From Negativicutes bacterium (lineage in GTDB: Bacteria > Bacillota > Negativicutes > UBA1444), in the NCBI GenBank assembly GCA_963665275.2, contig CAXXIN010000009.1, positions 93,008-157,007 of the forward strand: a stretch of DNA of 64,000 bases, in the 5' to 3' direction. The notes beneath the pieces were generated by a model, which worked only from the letters and a program-made list of their open reading frames with translations, was not told the DNA's origin and searched no databases. A program made the translations under genes and the position numbers. Below, one piece after another: positions 1-9,692 of this stretch; the first letter of the stretch is position 1, and every line of letters starts with the position of its first letter.

Positions 1-530
1 GCTACGGCATTTATCATAAACTCGGCGGCATTATCCAACTGGATTAGCACACCCAACGGAACGGCCCGAAAATTTTCGGCCATTGCCGAAATAATCATAT
101 GATGTCCCTGTAATGCAAGAAAAACGGACATGGCCATCAGAAACTTGAAATTGCCGACTAACGGCACCTGTTGGCCGAACTGCGGATCGAAAACATTCAC
201 CATCCCGAATCCAATTTGCATATCAATCAGTTGGCCCGCCATCTGTACAGACTGCATAAACAGTGATGCGACAAAACCAGCGGACAGTCCGTAAATCACT
301 TCAATCATCAACCACCATGCCAATAGGGTCAACGACGTTGGTTGACGGTTTTCCGCCAGGGTCGACATCGGCAGCATGAATAGTGAAAGAAGAACGGCCA
401 AGCCCACCCGCGCAAAAACAGGAATCGCCTTACTGCCAAAAACCGGCGCACTAGTCAGAGTGCCGGTAATACGGGCAAATATCAGTAAAAACTGAATGAA
501 TTGATTGGTGAGATCAGCCGGGAATTCCAC
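1..530 (-). CDS. fliR: Flagellar export protein FliR (3' part runs off the window)
   Basis: Hand translation from GTG at 530 gives MEFPADLTNQFIQFLLIFARITG..APVFG; further on GQLIDMQIGFGMVNVFDP, the FliR signature; directly follows fliQ. Confidence 0.93.
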   Translation of the reverse strand, partial: MEFPADLTNQFIQFLLIFARITGTLTSAPVFGSKAIPVFARVGLAVLLSLFMLPMSTLAENRQPTSLTLLAWWLMIEVIYGLSAGFVASLFMQSVQMAGQLIDMQIGFGMVNVFDPQFGQQVPLVGNFKFLMAMSVFLALQGHHMIISAMAENFRAVPLGVLIQLDNAAEFMINAV

Positions 531-532
531 AG

Positions 533-802
533 CTAACGAATTACCATGTCAAATGATGTGAAGATTTCGCGCGTATAATCAACCAACGTTGCCAGAATCC
601 ATGGACCAAATAAGAGAATCGCCACAAATGTGGCGATAATTTTGGGCACAAAGACCAGTGTTTGTTCCTGGATTTGCGTCGTTGCCTGAAAAATACTGAC
701 CACGACCCCAACGATCAGTCCCAGCCCCAGCATGGGCGCTGCTACCAACATCACGACATAAAGAGCTTCCCTTCCGATCTGGACGGCAATATCCTGCGTC
801 AT
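533..802 (-). CDS. fliQ: Flagellar export protein FliQ
   Basis: FQATTQIQEQTLVFVPK motif, 89 aa. Confidence 0.97.
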   Translation of the reverse strand: MTQDIAVQIGREALYVVMLVAAPMLGLGLIVGVVVSIFQATTQIQEQTLVFVPKIIATFVAILLFGPWILATLVDYTREIFTSFDMVIR

Positions 803-826
803 GCTTCTGTTGCGCCTCCTAAAGCT

Positions 827-1645
827 TCAGTTAAAAGTCAACAATAAAGATCGAACAATCAGATGCCATCCGTCCACCAAAATGAACAGCAGAACCTTAA
901 AAGGCAGGGAAATCATCACCGGCGGCACCATCATCATGCCCATCGACATCAGGGTGCTGGCAACCACCATATCCACAACAATAAAGGGAATATAGATAAG
1001 AAATCCAATTTGAAACGCAGTTTTCAATTCGCTGATCATGAAAGCTGGAATCAGAACTGTCGTTGGGACATCATTTTGCGTTTCCGGTCGCGGCCCATCA
1101 GTTAGGTTGATAAAAAGAGCGATGTCGTTTTCCCTTACCTGTTTAAACATAAACTCGCGCAATGGTTTCAATGCTTCCGTTGTAGCGTTTTCCTGCGACA
1201 AGCTCCCTGCGAGGAAAGGTTGCCATGCATTTTTATTGATTTGCTCCAAATAAGGCGACATCGTAAAAAATGTCAAAAACAACGCCAAGCCCACAATAAC
1301 TTGGTTGGGAGGCATCTGTTGCGTTGCCAGTGCACTGCGCAAAAACGATAAAACGACAATGATGCGAGTAAACGCCGTCATCATGATGAGTATTGACGGC
1401 GCCAGGGAAAGAACCGTCAGCATCATGAGTATCTGAAGACTCATGGCCACATCCTGCGGCTTACTGGCCGGTTCAATGCCAATATTCATATTCGGTATCG
1501 GAATAAAGGGTGCTGCCTCCGTAATCGATGAAAAACAAACGAGCCACAAAAAACCAAATAGCAACAATAGGCGTTTGATGGATATATCGCCCTGCAAAAC
1601 TGTATGCATCGACAACCGGACCCTACCTCTTCTCTTGGTCATCAT
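827..1645 (-). CDS. fliP: Flagellar export pore protein FliP (true start may be 1609)
   Basis: MTAFTRIIVVLSFLR, PPNQV, PAFMISELKTAFQIGF, LPFKVLLFILVDGW. Confidence 0.97.
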   Translation of the reverse strand: MMTKRRGRVRLSMHTVLQGDISIKRLLLLFGFLWLVCFSSITEAAPFIPIPNMNIGIEPASKPQDVAMSLQILMMLTVLSLAPSILIMMTAFTRIIVVLSFLRSALATQQMPPNQVIVGLALFLTFFTMSPYLEQINKNAWQPFLAGSLSQENATTEALKPLREFMFKQVRENDIALFINLTDGPRPETQNDVPTTVLIPAFMISELKTAFQIGFLIYIPFIVVDMVVASTLMSMGMMMVPPVMISLPFKVLLFILVDGWHLIVRSLLLTFN

Positions 1646-2201
1646 TCTTTTGTGAGCCAGCCGGCGGAGAAAACATACCCGGGAACCTGTCCCTGATTTG
1701 TTTCAAGGCGGATATCTGGCTTCCCAACGCCTCTTCAAACGAGGGACGAGCGATTTTGGTAGAACTGCGGATTGCAGCGATTTGCTCCGCAGAGTCAATC
1801 TCAAACAATAATTGGATCGAGTGCTCAGTTGCGCCAACAACAAAGAACCGTCCCGCCATCTCCACCAGATGAATATTGCGATTCGGTCCCAATGCAAGAG
1901 TTGTATGTATCGCCGCTCCGGCGCTCTGGCCCATGGCCCCCATCTTAACTGCTAGGAAGCGCGATGTAAGATAAGCGAGAAAAATAACCCCGATGAATAA
2001 GACGATAAGGGATAGAACATATGCGACAGTACCCCAGCTGGAAGCTGCTGTTTTTGCCGCCGGATCCTGGTATTGCAGGTATCCAGGCGCTACTGGGGCA
2101 ACGGGTGTTTCTGCCGCAAACAGAATTCCGGGAAGACCACAGACCATGACAAAAACAAGGCCCGCAACGATCCGCAGACGGAGGCTCAACCCCAGAACCA
2201 T
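1623..2201 (-). CDS. fliO: Flagellar biosynthesis protein FliO/FliZ
   Basis: TM helix followed by LALGPNRNIHLVEMAGRFFVVGATE (FliO-like); lies between cheY and fliP. Confidence 0.8.
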   Translation of the reverse strand: MVLGLSLRLRIVAGLVFVMVCGLPGILFAAETPVAPVAPGYLQYQDPAAKTAASSWGTVAYVLSLIVLFIGVIFLAYLTSRFLAVKMGAMGQSAGAAIHTTLALGPNRNIHLVEMAGRFFVVGATEHSIQLLFEIDSAEQIAAIRSSTKIARPSFEEALGSQISALKQIRDRFPGMFSPPAGSQKNDDQEKR

Positions 2202-2564
2202 CTATCCAACGGCCTTGCGTATAGCTTCCAGAACCCGGTCGGGTTGGAATGGCTTGACGATGAAATCACGCGCTCCGGATTGAATTGATTCAATGACCAT
2301 CGCCTGTTGTCCCATTGCGCTGCACATTATGATTTTGGCCTGCGGGTCGAACTTCCTGATTTCTTTTACCGCACTGATGCCATCCATCTCCGGCATGGTA
2401 ATGTCCATCGTCGTCAGGTCGGGTTTTAACTCCTTGTACTTTTCTACCGCCTGCAACCCGTTGGCGCCTTCCCCAACGACTTCGAATCCGTTCTTGGAAA
2501 GAATATCTTTGATCATCATTCGCATAAACGCTGCGTCATCGACTACCAGAACTCGCAAACCCAT
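2202..2564 (-). CDS. cheY: Chemotaxis response regulator CheY
   Basis: VDDAAFMRMMIKDIL, MDITMP, KPF; single receiver domain in the fla/che operon. Confidence 0.96.
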   Translation of the reverse strand: MGLRVLVVDDAAFMRMMIKDILSKNGFEVVGEGANGLQAVEKYKELKPDLTTMDITMPEMDGISAVKEIRKFDPQAKIIMCSAMGQQAMVIESIQSGARDFIVKPFQPDRVLEAIRKAVG

Positions 2565-2607
2565 CAGAAATCCCCTTCCTTATGTCATCCATAATTTCTC
2601 TACCCTA

Positions 2608-3765
2608 CTACTGCAAAGTACTGGCTCTTTCCTGCATACTTACAATCCCTGTAATGCGAACACCAAAATTTTCGTCGATAACAACGACCTCACCCTTGGC
2701 GACAATTTTCCCGTTCACTAGGATATCAACCGGTTCTCCGGCTAATTTATCCAACTCCACCACAGATCCGGGCGCCAATTCAAGAATTTCACGGATCAGT
2801 TTGCGGGTCCTACCGAGTTCCACCGTGACCTGAAGTGGTACATCCATAATCATGCCGATATTGGAGTCTGAGACGTTCAGCATTGTCTGCTTCAGTGGAG
2901 CGAACTGGGCCGGTTGAACCAATACATTCTGCTCGACTGCCATAGAAGGCTGCATCCGCTGCTGTGGTTGTTGCTGTTGCTGTTGCGGGGCTACGTAAGG
3001 CTGTTGCTGAGGAGGCGGAGCGGCCGCCATGGGTGCTTGTGCCGCCGGACGGGATTGCTGCGGCTTGGGAGATGGCGCTGGTGCTGTTGAATGTAACAGA
3101 CCATCAACCATATCTCTTGCAACATTAATCGGCAAAATCAGCATAATTTCGCTATCAATGAGTCCCTCCACCACCATGCGGAAGGCAATTTTTGCCAAAG
3201 CTTCACCATCGTGTACACTGTCTGTTATTTTATCACTTCCTGCCAAATCAATCAACCGGACATTCGGCGGCGCCAAATCGACCCGGCTTTTAAAAATGCT
3301 GGACAGAGACGTTGCGGTTGCGCCCATCATCTGATTCATGGCCTCGGCTACTGCGCTCATATAAAGTTCACTCATGTCTGCGGGTGGGTTCGATCCATCG
3401 TTTCCCATCATCAGATCGGCAATGATGGCAGCATCAGTTTCTTTGATTGCAAGTAGATTCGTGCCATTGATTCCCTCAGTGAAGCGTACTTCAACGATGA
3501 TGTATGGCATGGGATACTGTTTTCGCATGTCATCCAAAATGCCGATCGATACACGCGGCGTAGTTATTTCAACTCGGCGCGACAACAATACTGACATGGT
3601 CGTTGCCGCACTCCCCATGGAAATATTTCCGATCTCGCCCAGTGCATCTATTTCGACCTCCGAAAGCAACCCTGCGCTTGCCGTTGCAACGGGAGCTGCT
3701 GAGGTTTCATTACGCAGCAAAGCATCTATTTCTTCCTGCGACAAAAAACTATCACTCATGTCCAT
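2608..3765 (-). CDS. fliY: Flagellar switch phosphatase FliY (CheC-like domain plus FliN C-terminus)
   Basis: EIGNISMGSAAT and EAMNQMMG phosphatase motifs, P/Q-rich linker, C-terminal SpoA/FliN domain (GEVVVIDENFGVRI). Confidence 0.95.
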   Translation of the reverse strand: MDMSDSFLSQEEIDALLRNETSAAPVATASAGLLSEVEIDALGEIGNISMGSAATTMSVLLSRRVEITTPRVSIGILDDMRKQYPMPYIIVEVRFTEGINGTNLLAIKETDAAIIADLMMGNDGSNPPADMSELYMSAVAEAMNQMMGATATSLSSIFKSRVDLAPPNVRLIDLAGSDKITDSVHDGEALAKIAFRMVVEGLIDSEIMLILPINVARDMVDGLLHSTAPAPSPKPQQSRPAAQAPMAAAPPPQQQPYVAPQQQQQQPQQRMQPSMAVEQNVLVQPAQFAPLKQTMLNVSDSNIGMIMDVPLQVTVELGRTRKLIREILELAPGSVVELDKLAGEPVDILVNGKIVAKGEVVVIDENFGVRITGIVSMQERASTLQ

Positions 3766-4750
3766 CCTCCTCTTCGGCTACAACCCGGGTAATTTGAACT
3801 GCAATCCGATTGTTGGAACTACCAGGCTTACACTTGAATTTTTGATGCTGGCCGATAATTACGGCCAATTCGTCATTAACCCTTGAATCGAGACGGACAA
3901 CATCACCGACTGATAACTCCAGCATCTCTTTCACCGTAACCGTAATATTTCCCAATTCCACAGTCATCGGCACCAACGTACGTTCCAATTTCTTTTGCAA
4001 AAGAGCCGAATTGGTCTGCGATCCAGCTCGAGCGATCGACGAAGCAACCCAGAAGGAAGTGGTCAACTTCGGCATGATCGGTTCCAAAACCAAATACGGA
4101 ATGCAAAGATTGATGAAGCCTTCCGTCTGGGCAATCCTCGTCTGCAAAGTAATAATAACGACCATGTCATTGGGCGGTACAATCTGCGTAAACTGAGGAT
4201 TGCTCTCGATCGCTTCGAGACGAGGTTCCACGTTGACAACCTGACGCCAGGCCTCCTGCAATGATTCCAGCGCCTTATTCACCAGCCGGGAAACGATGGA
4301 ATGCTCAATATCGGTCAGTTCCCTGGATTTGGCCGGAGGAGTGCCCACGCCGCCAAACAAACGATCAATAATCGAAAAGACAATTGAAGGATTAATTTCC
4401 ATTAGCGCATTCCCTGAAAGGGGGCGCATTTCAAAAATGCTGATGACACTCGGGTTCGGCATCGAACGAATGAACTCCTCATAGGTCAGTTGGTCTACCG
4501 AAGCTACGCTGACCTGAACCATCGTACGCAAGTGCGCTGACAGATATGTGTTCAAATGTCGGGCAAAATTTTCGTGCAGCATATAGAGAGTCCGAATCTG
4601 GTCTTTCGAGAACTTGTCCGGCCGTTTAAAATCATACAGTTTAATTTTTTTTTGTTTCTGTTCCAGCTTAATATTTTCCGCGGTTACGACACCTGTCGAG
4701 ATTGCAGACAAAAGTTCATCAATTTCATTTTGCGATAGTACATCAGCCAT
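3752..4750 (-). CDS. fliM: Flagellar switch protein FliM
   Basis: LSQNEIDELL N-terminus, YDFKRPDKFSKDQIR. Confidence 0.97.
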   Translation of the reverse strand: MADVLSQNEIDELLSAISTGVVTAENIKLEQKQKKIKLYDFKRPDKFSKDQIRTLYMLHENFARHLNTYLSAHLRTMVQVSVASVDQLTYEEFIRSMPNPSVISIFEMRPLSGNALMEINPSIVFSIIDRLFGGVGTPPAKSRELTDIEHSIVSRLVNKALESLQEAWRQVVNVEPRLEAIESNPQFTQIVPPNDMVVIITLQTRIAQTEGFINLCIPYLVLEPIMPKLTTSFWVASSIARAGSQTNSALLQKKLERTLVPMTVELGNITVTVKEMLELSVGDVVRLDSRVNDELAVIIGQHQKFKCKPGSSNNRIAVQITRVVAEEEDGHE

Positions 4751-4797
4751 CTGTCATCACCACCTTGCCGCACGGTCGATTCTGATCAAGCAGTTTC

Positions 4798-5274
4798 CTA
4801 CTGCAGCAGTATGTTGGTAATATATACTTCATAAACAGCTTCCCGCCCCAGCACTTTATTGACTTCCTGCTTGATAAGCTCCTTCAGGCGGTCCTGTTTT
4901 TGCGGATCAAATTCATCTACCCGTTGGGATCGCAGCACATGCAATACGGTGTCCTGTATTTTAACTTCTTCGGGCGACATCGTTTTCCCTGCCGCCGCTT
5001 TTTTTTCCGGTTTCAGCTCTAAAATGACCCCAATCTTGAGATAGCGACCGCCTGTTGCGGAACCGACATTAACTATAATACCTTCCTTGGGGTCTCCCAT
5101 TTTCACCAGTACGCCCGGCTCACGAGCCGCAGGCGCTTTATTTCCCATGTAGTTTGTCACAACATAAAAAGCCGTGCCGCCAGCCAGCGCCAGAACCAAA
5201 ACCAATCCCACCGCGACATATATAAAAATCGGTTTTTTGGCAGGCGCCACTTTTTCTTCTACTTCATCCGGCAT
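4798..5274 (-). CDS. fliL: Flagellar basal body-associated protein FliL
   Basis: Single N-terminal TM helix, C-terminal VYEVYITNILLQ; upstream of fliM. Confidence 0.9.
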   Translation of the reverse strand: MPDEVEEKVAPAKKPIFIYVAVGLVLVLALAGGTAFYVVTNYMGNKAPAAREPGVLVKMGDPKEGIIVNVGSATGGRYLKIGVILELKPEKKAAAGKTMSPEEVKIQDTVLHVLRSQRVDEFDPQKQDRLKELIKQEVNKVLGREAVYEVYITNILLQ

Positions 5275-5307
5275 GATACATCCCTCCCTGGCTTCTCACT
5301 AATGAGC

Positions 5308-5505
5308 CTATCGCCCAAAGCGATGTAGCTCGCGCCGGTATTCGATAACTAAGCGAATGATATCATCCATGCTCTCTTCCACCAGCACTTTATTCCCGTT
5401 CACAAGAGTAATGACAGTATCAGGCGTTTCTTCGACTGTTTCAATCAATTCGGAGTTCAGCACGAACTCATGGTCCTTGGTCTTGAAGCGAGTCAATTTA
5501 ATCAT
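5308..5505 (-). CDS. flbD: Flagellar FlbD/SwrD family protein
   Basis: MIKLTR..LNSELIETVEETPDTVITL..G; position after flgE. Confidence 0.9.
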   Translation of the reverse strand: MIKLTRFKTKDHEFVLNSELIETVEETPDTVITLVNGNKVLVEESMDDIIRLVIEYRRELHRFGR

Positions 5506-5578
5506 CGCATATCTCCCCTTCTGAATAAATGCCCCTCCGGAGAAGTCATCCCGCCCCGGAGAGGCGCGATATCACTGT

Positions 5579-7204
5579 CTAACGTTTCAGATTGACCAGT
5601 TCCTCGAGCATGGTATCGGAGGTGGTAATGATTTTCGAGTTAGCCTGAAAACCACGTTGCGTAATAATCATTTTACTAAATTGATCGGCCAAGTCAATGT
5701 TGGACATTTCCAACGACCCGGGTGTGAGCGTTCCGCGACCGCCAGTTCCGCTGGTACCGACAGCCGGGTTACCGGAGTTGTTGGACGAAGCAAACAGCGT
5801 GTCACCAATGCGTGATAGTCCGCCCGGGTTGTTGAACGTTGCCAGAGCAACCTGGCCGAGATTTTGAGTGCGTCCGTTGCTGAATTTGCCAACCAGAATG
5901 CCGCTGGTATCGATGGTTGTGGAGTCCAGACTGCCGGAAGCATATCCGTTCTGAGTCGTAGCCTGAACAGTAGACGATCCACCGTACTGGGTCAGCGCAC
6001 TGACATTAAGGGCGATACTGGAAAGTGCCGCTCCGGGAGCCGTGAATGTAACTGGATTAACTGTTGTTGAATAAGTAGGTGCCGGAGTAGGGTTAGCAGT
6101 CGCATTAAAAGAAGATACCGCCGGAGCCGTTACAGCTGCGGGATTAGTAAAAGAAACTGTTGCTTTCGACGCTCCAGATCCAATGTCAAAATTTTGCGGC
6201 AAAGCTGCCGCAGAAAAAGTATAAGTGGCACCCGTCCAGTTGACTTTCCCGGAAAACAAGGTTGAATCGCTGGACTCTCCAGCTTCAGATACTTTATAAT
6301 CCCAGTTATCTGTGCTCGTCTGCGTAAAAGTCATCTGCATTACATGAGGATTGTTTTTTGCATCAAATGCAGTGTAATACTGGGTTCTAACCGATCCGCT
6401 CGCATTATCCAATTGCAAGTTTGGAATCGTTATTGCCGTCGTAGTTGATGCATTCACCGATGACACGGTCGGGTTCTTCCCTGTAGTATCGAAAACTATT
6501 TGTGTCATTGTGCTTCCGCCAAGCGCGAGGCTGCTATCTGCCAAACTCGCCTTGGCGATCCAGGTATTGTTGCCAACTTTCGTAAATGTCTGTCCAAGAT
6601 CCTGCGGGTTTCCCAGAGAATCATATACCGTCAACGACGAAACCGCGCTAGCTCCGGGCAGTGCATCGCCGGAAAGGTTGTTGGCGAACTTCAGTTCAGT
6701 TGACGCTAGTGCCGGCATCATCGTCCCTTTGGGTACTTGAATCGAGGTTACTGCGCCTGTCGTATTAATAGCCCCGTTAGCGTCCGCCTGCCACCCCATC
6801 ACTTTCATGCCAGTTCCTGGCACGAGGTAGTTGCCGGCACTATCGAAGTCAAAATTACCGGCGCGGCTATAATATTGGTTCGCGCCGTCAGAGAGAATGA
6901 AAAAACCATCATTCTGAATCGCCAGATCAGTTTGCTTGCCGGTCGATTGATAACTGCCATTGGTAAAGTTCGTGGATATCGCTGCCAGTCCCATGCCAAG
7001 TCCTACTTGGATCGGATTGGTCCCGCCGCGGTTCCCGGATGCAGCAGCAGCGCCCTGCAGCGTCTGACTGATGACATCGGAAAAAGTGGCGGATGACCCT
7101 TTGTAACCAACGGTGTTGACGTTGGAAATATTTGCCCCTATCACGTCCATGGAAGTCTGGTGGTTACGCAGACCTGCCACGCCCGAGAATAATGAACGCA
7201 TCAT
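5579..7204 (-). CDS. flgE: Flagellar hook protein FlgE
   Basis: MMRSLFSGVAGL..MDVIGANISNVNTVGYK, YSRAGNF, LEMSNIDLA..IITQRGFQANSK. Confidence 0.96.
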   Translation of the reverse strand: MMRSLFSGVAGLRNHQTSMDVIGANISNVNTVGYKGSSATFSDVISQTLQGAAAASGNRGGTNPIQVGLGMGLAAISTNFTNGSYQSTGKQTDLAIQNDGFFILSDGANQYYSRAGNFDFDSAGNYLVPGTGMKVMGWQADANGAINTTGAVTSIQVPKGTMMPALASTELKFANNLSGDALPGASAVSSLTVYDSLGNPQDLGQTFTKVGNNTWIAKASLADSSLALGGSTMTQIVFDTTGKNPTVSSVNASTTTAITIPNLQLDNASGSVRTQYYTAFDAKNNPHVMQMTFTQTSTDNWDYKVSEAGESSDSTLFSGKVNWTGATYTFSAAALPQNFDIGSGASKATVSFTNPAAVTAPAVSSFNATANPTPAPTYSTTVNPVTFTAPGAALSSIALNVSALTQYGGSSTVQATTQNGYASGSLDSTTIDTSGILVGKFSNGRTQNLGQVALATFNNPGGLSRIGDTLFASSNNSGNPAVGTSGTGGRGTLTPGSLEMSNIDLADQFSKMIITQRGFQANSKIITTSDTMLEELVNLKR

Positions 7205-7254
7205 AATAAATTGACCTCCCTAATATTTTCGATATCCCTGAAGATTGCGTCGTG

Positions 7255-7305
7255 CGGCTGCTTCAATCCTTCGGCAGCCGGGGACTCCCCCGAGAGGTCC
7301 AGTCC
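7255..7305 (-). promoter_or_regulatory. Putative structured cis-regulatory RNA in the flgE leader (two adjacent GC-rich hairpins)
   Basis: Minus strand reads GGACU-GGACCUCUCGGGGG-AGUCC, then CGGCUGC-CGAAGGAUUGAA-GCAGCCG; no U-tract follows. Confidence 0.55.
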
Positions 7306-7697
7306 TATACGATCACGGCGCTGTCAATGTTAGTAAAAACATTATCTTTGATACTGGCTCCATCCATCGCAGTGATCACAGTTCGATTGGTCACACTTAC
7401 AACTAACGCCAAATCCTTGTCCATCAGAATCAGAGATTCCCGCGCGCCCTTTTGCGCCGCCTTGTCCACTGCGTTATTCAGTTGGCTTATCTGCGTCGGC
7501 GTCAGGTTGATGTTACGGGTCTGGAGCCGTTGTGTAGCATGCTGGGAAAACTTCACTCCGCTGATGGCCTGGTTAAGTACCTGTTCGAATCCGCCGCCCG
7601 TGGTTTGCGTTCCTACTGAACGAGTTTTATTGACTGTTGTCGACGTTTGTATCGGTTGGATCGGTTGATTTGCTAGATAAAATCTACTGTCAGCCAT
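7305..7697 (-). CDS. TIGR02530-family flagellar operon protein
   Basis: VKFSQHATQRLQTRNI..KAAQKGARESL..VVSVTNRTVITAMD..VFTNIDSAV; between flgD and flgE. Confidence 0.88.
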   Translation of the reverse strand: MADSRFYLANQPIQPIQTSTTVNKTRSVGTQTTGGGFEQVLNQAISGVKFSQHATQRLQTRNINLTPTQISQLNNAVDKAAQKGARESLILMDKDLALVVSVTNRTVITAMDGASIKDNVFTNIDSAVIV

Positions 7698-7717
7698 ATT
7701 CTATCGCCTCCGTGGAC

Positions 7718-8128
7718 TTAGGTTGCACTAGTCGTAGAGGGTTCAGCGACAGAAGTGATTTTGGTCAGGACCAAGGACTGATCCCCGACAATGATCTTGG
7801 GTTCGCTATTTACCATGCGCACTGATTTGACGATACCCGTCTGCTCCACACCCTGTTCGTTGTCCCAGGTCACTTGTTTGCCAATATAGGCGGTAGCCTG
7901 TGTCATCTGGATGGACGTATTCATGTTTTTCATCTGTTCCAGACTGGTAAACTGGGCCATTTGTGAGATGAATTCTTTGTCATCCATCGGATTCATAGGA
8001 TCCTGGGATTGCAGCTGTGTAACCAGCAGTTTCAGAAAATCATCTTTTCCCAGCACCGAATTGCTGTTGGTGGAAGTTGTCGACGTGGTGGTCGTTCCTG
8101 TCGTTCCTGTTATGGGTGAAACACTCAT
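7718..8128 (-). CDS. flgD: Flagellar hook capping protein FlgD
   Basis: LGKDDFLKLLVTQLQSQDPMNPM..QMAQFTSLEQ. Confidence 0.96.
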   Translation of the reverse strand: MSVSPITGTTGTTTTSTTSTNSNSVLGKDDFLKLLVTQLQSQDPMNPMDDKEFISQMAQFTSLEQMKNMNTSIQMTQATAYIGKQVTWDNEQGVEQTGIVKSVRMVNSEPKIIVGDQSLVLTKITSVAEPSTTSAT

Positions 8129-8148
8129 GATCGCACCTCCTTTTTCCT

Positions 8149-9660
8149 TTAAATTCTGTAATCAACCGCTGCTGCAGTCATCACTTGCAGTCGGCCGGTA
8201 TTCGTAAATCCTGTAGAGTCCTCGTACATATCACGTTGTGTGCGGTGAGAAAACTGACGCAGTTGCTGCTCCTGAGCCTGAGACTGCTGTTGTTGCTGTT
8301 GATTAGCCAGGAAGTCCTTCATCCCGCCAAAAACGCCGTCGGAATCGAATTTCCATCCCTGCTGGGACATTTCCTGACGTAACTGAGGCAGCGAACTTTC
8401 CAAAATTGCCCGAACTTCGGAACTGGCAGCATGGAAAGCGGCAGTCACTTTGTCTCCGTCAACATTGATCTTGACGGTTACTTCTCCTAGATGCTCAGGT
8501 TTCAGCGTAATGATCACCTGTGAGCTTTTCAGACGATCAGCGGATGTCGACATGCCATCCAGGACCTGACGCGTTACTTCATGAAGTTCCTGGCGAAGGG
8601 GTTGGGCCAAGGAGGCCGGATTTTGAACCTGATCAACGGACTTGAGAAGATTGTCAAAGGTCAATGGAGCCATTCCAGTGGAATCGGCCTTGTTGACAGT
8701 GGGCATAAACGGATCGGTTTCTGTTTCACCCAGCGCCTTTTTCGGCAATTGTCCTTCAGCGGTCGGGGCTGCAATTTTTTCCTCTGCCTTAGCCCCCAAT
8801 CCGAAAACGGGCTCTGGCTCAATCTCCGATGGTACAGCTTCGGCTTCAGGATCTGCTGCCGATATTTCCGGAGTTTTCGTGGTCGGTCCAGTAAGCACTG
8901 ACTGTATCGATAAAACAGACTGTTGAAGTTTGGGATCGAGAGTATTTGGCTCCGAGTTCACCGACGTTGGTAAAACGTCTTGAACAGGAACATCTGGAAG
9001 AGTACTAACCACCGATTGCTCTGTTTTCATGGTCGGTTCTGACATAACCTGTGCCGCTTGGTCTGTGGGCGCAGGCTCAGGTAGCGACGTATCTGTGATT
9101 GCGTCCGTAACCAACGGTTTGGTGGACGCTTCAACCGTTGCCGTTACAGGAGTCGCCTTTGCAACTTCTACCGATGCAGAAAAACCGATAGGCATTGTTG
9201 GTGTTTGCAGTGAAGGTTTCGCGACTTGTCCCTGCATTACGGACAGTGGAAGAATTTGTTGCCCATTGGTTTCCAGCATTTCTGTCACTTCCGATGGGAC
9301 CGAACCCTGGGCGACAATTCCGGTAACAGCGCCCTGCACAGCAGCGTTGTCTGGTGGAACAGGAATCATATTATTACTATTGAGATTCCAAACCAAGCCC
9401 ACTGGTAATCCCGTAGCAGTTGGTTCGTCTTTCTCGTCCGATTTTTCTGCTGCTTTTGTTTTCGCAGCTGATTTTGACTCATTGGCTTCAGTTGAGGCCG
9501 TCTTGTCCAAGGCCGACGAAAGCTTTTTCGAAAAGCTATCGGAGCGTTGTTCGGATTTTTTGGCTGTAGTTCCAGATATTCCGGAATTCGCGGCATTCTG
9601 AGTCATTACAGTGCCAATCGGCAAACTGGCTGGTAATTCTTTGGTCATGATCATTTCCAT
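8149..9660 (-). CDS. fliK: Flagellar hook-length control protein FliK
   Basis: Long low-complexity N-terminus plus C-terminal T3S4 domain (LKPEHLGEVTVKI..LESSLPQLRQEM..QG). Confidence 0.9.
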   Translation of the reverse strand: MEMIMTKELPASLPIGTVMTQNAANSGISGTTAKKSEQRSDSFSKKLSSALDKTASTEANESKSAAKTKAAEKSDEKDEPTATGLPVGLVWNLNSNNMIPVPPDNAAVQGAVTGIVAQGSVPSEVTEMLETNGQQILPLSVMQGQVAKPSLQTPTMPIGFSASVEVAKATPVTATVEASTKPLVTDAITDTSLPEPAPTDQAAQVMSEPTMKTEQSVVSTLPDVPVQDVLPTSVNSEPNTLDPKLQQSVLSIQSVLTGPTTKTPEISAADPEAEAVPSEIEPEPVFGLGAKAEEKIAAPTAEGQLPKKALGETETDPFMPTVNKADSTGMAPLTFDNLLKSVDQVQNPASLAQPLRQELHEVTRQVLDGMSTSADRLKSSQVIITLKPEHLGEVTVKINVDGDKVTAAFHAASSEVRAILESSLPQLRQEMSQQGWKFDSDGVFGGMKDFLANQQQQQQSQAQEQQLRQFSHRTQRDMYEDSTGFTNTGRLQVMTAAAVDYRI

Positions 9661-9692
9661 TCATTCACCTCCCTTCAGTGCGGTCCATTGCG

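Noticed and set aside
2955-3062. CTG/TTG-rich trinucleotide run in fliY (and the poly-Q tract in fliK near 8262-8300)
   Set aside because: Encodes ordinary P/Q-rich linkers; imperfect and in frame, so not a contingency repeat or CRISPR
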